From the NCBI GenBank assembly GCA_045592105.1, contig JAZNUB010000045.1, forward strand, positions 260-64,259: a stretch of DNA of 64,000 bases, read 5' to 3'. Below, in pieces: positions 61,625 to 64,000 of the stretch (position 1 is its first letter; each line of letters starts with the position of its first letter). The translations under genes and the position numbers were made by a program. Source of the DNA: Eubacteriales bacterium (lineage in GTDB: Bacteria; Bacillota; Clostridia; Oscillospirales; CAG-382). The notes under the pieces are model-generated. The model did not search any database. It worked only from the letters and a program-made list of their open reading frames with translations, and was not told the origin of the DNA.

Positions 61625-63706
61625 TTATGCTATATAGCTAATAGAGTAAAATACAATAGATGAAAAGCTGAACAGCACCGTTGCGGTAACTAAAACCGCT
61701 TTAACGGGCTTAACCCATTTTTGTGTGCCGTTTACCAAAAGCCCCGACCAAACCGCGCCTATAAGCAGCGTTGGTACTATATATCTAAAGTCCATAGTGC
61801 AGGTATGCGGATATTTAAAGCAGAAGGAAACGTAGCTACCAACCAAAAACGCATAGTAAACGACAAGGAAAATGAAGGGTATAATATTTTCCTTGCTTAT
61901 AACGCTGCCCTCGTCGTTCGCCTTTAGGGATGAGCGCACACCCATAAACAAGCCGATAAGGCTTATTGCAATAAGCACCAAGGCGGAGAAAACAAGCACG
62001 TATCCAAAGAAGTTTTGCGTTGTGGAAACGTTTTTTAAGTTAAAGTATTCCCCAAACAAAGAGGTTTTTACAATGTACGGTGCTATGCCGTAATCGTAAA
62101 ACTTTTCCCCTGCAACGGCACCGTTTGCCGCAGTTGCGCCAACGTTGGGGTACATATTAGACAGATGCCACGAGCCAATGCCCGTAAGCCTTTCCAAAAA
62201 CGAGTACTTGCCCAAATACATATCGCTGTTTTGTGAAAGCGAGGGAACGTATCCCAGGGGCATATCGTATTTGATGAAGCAACGGATAGGCCACCAAAGC
62301 CCCAAGGGGAAGCAAATTGCCGCAAACAAAGCGAACTTTTTCCAAAGCGTTTTAAGGTTGTTAATAAAGCCGCCCGTTTTTGTTGTAAACAGCGAGTATA
62401 GGAAAACGTAGCCCGTGCCAAACGCAATCATTGCGCCTGAAAGCTTTGTCATCATCCCAAGCCCTATCGTTAAGGCAAGGATAACTGTGTTTTTAACGCT
62501 ACGCTTTTTGTACCAACGCACCGTGTATAGCACGGAAAGGAACAAAAACAGCGTTGTTAGCGGGTCGTTATTAACGCTGCCCGCGAAGATGTAGAAGCTG
62601 GGGTGGAACGCAAGCACGGCAAACGCCGTATATAGCGCAACGCCTTTAAGCTTAAACTCACAAAACAGCTTGTAGCCAACAGCCATCATAGTTGCGGAGA
62701 ACGCCATTGTAAGATACTGCACGTTTTCATAAGCTTGATAAACGGTTAATCCGCAAGCGGTTTGCGCCCTCATCCACAAAGCCGCCAAAAAGTGATGAAG
62801 CGGGGGGTGGTAGTATTGCGAAAGACCAGCGTTATATACTTTTTCAGTAGGCAACGCCCAGTTGTTGTAGATGTGCATTATATAGGTGTTATGCCTTGGA
62901 TGTTCGCTAAACAGGTTGAAAACGTCGTGCTGGTTTTCGGGCAGGGTGATATCCAAAACGTACAAAAAACGCATAACAAGCCCTAAGCCAAACATCAGCA
63001 TTATAACGGGGGATATAGCCTTCTTCTCCCTCAAGGCGGAAGCAAAGCTAAGCCCAAAGCAAAGAACAAAGCCCGTTACAAGCAGCCTTTCCTTCGGAGC
63101 TTCGATAAGCACAAAACAAAGGTATGCGGCAACGGTGGTAAGCAAAAGCGTGCCTACCGTGCAGGCGGTTTTGATAATGCCGTTTTCGTTTTCGGTGTAT
63201 ATGTGAAGGCAGTACAAAACCAACGCAAAGGTTAACAGCACAACCCCAACGCCAAACACCGCGCAAATACCCAGCGCCGCCGCAAGCGCAAGAATACTTG
63301 CACTTTTATTTTTCTTTATGATAAAAAACGCAAAAAGTGCAAACAACGATAGTGCTATCACCAGCAAAGCTATCCTTTGCGGTGTGCCGCTTAACGCCAT
63401 TATCAGGCGGAAGGCAAGAAACGCCGCACCGCAAGTACCCAATACGTAAACCACGCGTATAACCACGTTGGTTTCTATGGCTTTAATAAACGCGCTTAAA
63501 GCGTACGCCAGCAACGCAAAAAGCACAAACACCGGTATCTGCCATATAAAGCCGTATTCACCGCTTATACCGTCCCTTGCGGAGCGTGCAACCTGATGCA
63601 TTTGTGTAAAAAACAGAGAGAAGGTACACAAAAGCATCGTTGCCACGCAGGGATGCTTTTCTATAAAGCTTTCTAAGCTAAAGCTTTTTACTGCTTTGGT
63701 TATCAT
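61625..63706 (-). CDS. GT-C fold glycosyltransferase (family 39 / ArnT-PMT_2-like), polytopic membrane protein
   Basis: 693 aa with more than 12 hydrophobic helices. It has a YYHPPLHHFL loop motif of the ArnT/PMT_2 type and a long C-terminal membrane region. Confidence 0.75.
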   Translation of the reverse strand: MITKAVKSFSLESFIEKHPCVATMLLCTFSLFFTQMHQVARSARDGISGEYGFIWQIPVFVLFALLAYALSAFIKAIETNVVIRVVYVLGTCGAAFLAFRLIMALSGTPQRIALLVIALSLFALFAFFIIKKNKSASILALAAALGICAVFGVGVVLLTFALVLYCLHIYTENENGIIKTACTVGTLLLTTVAAYLCFVLIEAPKERLLVTGFVLCFGLSFASALREKKAISPVIMLMFGLGLVMRFLYVLDITLPENQHDVFNLFSEHPRHNTYIMHIYNNWALPTEKVYNAGLSQYYHPPLHHFLAALWMRAQTACGLTVYQAYENVQYLTMAFSATMMAVGYKLFCEFKLKGVALYTAFAVLAFHPSFYIFAGSVNNDPLTTLFLFLSVLYTVRWYKKRSVKNTVILALTIGLGMMTKLSGAMIAFGTGYVFLYSLFTTKTGGFINNLKTLWKKFALFAAICFPLGLWWPIRCFIKYDMPLGYVPSLSQNSDMYLGKYSFLERLTGIGSWHLSNMYPNVGATAANGAVAGEKFYDYGIAPYIVKTSLFGEYFNLKNVSTTQNFFGYVLVFSALVLIAISLIGLFMGVRSSLKANDEGSVISKENIIPFIFLVVYYAFLVGSYVSFCFKYPHTCTMDFRYIVPTLLIGAVWSGLLVNGTQKWVKPVKAVLVTATVLFSFSSIVFYSISYIA

Positions 63707-64000
63707 TATTGTTCACCGTTTTTCTTTTCTGCGGTTTCGTGGTATTCCTTTTCGGTGTTTACGTTCCAAACCGCGCTCTTATCAAAGCTGCCTTTAGCAA
63801 TAGCGTCTGCCGCTTCCATAGCCGTTAGCATAGAATGGTCCATATTATTGTATCTGTGCTGGCCGTTTCTGCCTATGCAAAATAGGTTCTCATACCCATC
63901 AAGAAAGCTTTTAACCTCGTTAAAACGGTTGTAAACGCCAAAGTATGCGGGGTACGCCTTCTTAACGCGGATGCGAGTGCTTGCCTTAACGTCTTCCTTC
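63706..64000 (-). CDS. C-terminal part of an NAD(P)/FAD-dependent oxidoreductase (UDP-galactopyranose-mutase/amine-oxidase superfamily); the 5' end lies outside the window
   Basis: I translated this by hand as ...FCIGRNGQHRYNNMDHSMLTAMEAADAIAKGSFDKSAVWNVNTEKEYHETAEKKNGEQ*. The stop overlaps the GT39 start as TAATG. Confidence 0.6.
   Translation of the reverse strand, partial: KEDVKASTRIRVKKAYPAYFGVYNRFNEVKSFLDGYENLFCIGRNGQHRYNNMDHSMLTAMEAADAIAKGSFDKSAVWNVNTEKEYHETAEKKNGEQ

Overview
This is a 64-kb, densely coding chromosomal segment from a spore-forming Firmicute of class Clostridia. The dockerin style and gene content suggest an Oscillospiraceae/Ruminococcaceae-like anaerobe, but that taxonomic call is inference only. 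I support about 60 protein genes plus one leader peptide. I found no rRNA, tRNA, CRISPR array, transposase, integrase or obvious defence genes.

Gene content, left to right:
- Cell envelope and replication block on the minus strand: class A PBP, dnaE, a short whiA, murB.
- A cysteine-desulfurase/DUF3343 pair.
- mntP followed by rhaBAD.
- An 8-gene aromatic amino-acid operon (pheA-aroB-aroC-aroE/K-aroQ-aroA-tyrA-aroF).
- Two secreted dockerin proteins, one also cohesin-like.
- A mixed operon: TSCPD protein, cysE, GH78 rhamnosidase, ROK kinase, GH4 phospho-glucosidase, ahcY, dockerin SGNH esterase.
- An ECF sigma / anti-sigma / His-rich lipoprotein operon.
- Housekeeping block: leuS-rsfS-LCP-nadD::yqeK-yhbY-rluB-dac-ytfJ-ytfI-scpB-scpA-M50-gpmI.
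- The conserved nusB-xseAB-ispA-dxs-tlyA-nadK-argR-recN-vanZ block.
- A VTC-domain / DUF4956 / Cthe_2159-like operon, then a GT39-like glycosyltransferase and a partial FAD oxidoreductase.

Main hunting results:
1. The translationally coupled VTC/DUF4956/beta-helix operon is a candidate uncharacterised bacterial polyphosphate synthesis-export-capture system.
2. That operon is bracketed by roughly 150-180-bp imperfect inverted repeats that contain a hairpin with compensatory substitutions.
3. A 23-codon leader ORF (MFKGFYYYYF...) lies between a promoter and an intrinsic terminator upstream of the aromatic operon. This looks like ribosome-mediated Phe/Tyr attenuation.
4. A conserved 15-16-bp-stem palindromic unit recurs three times at gene ends.
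5. A 183-nt dockerin-coding module is almost identical in two adjacent genes.

All coordinates and motifs were read by eye. Family assignments come from motif recognition, not from database searches.
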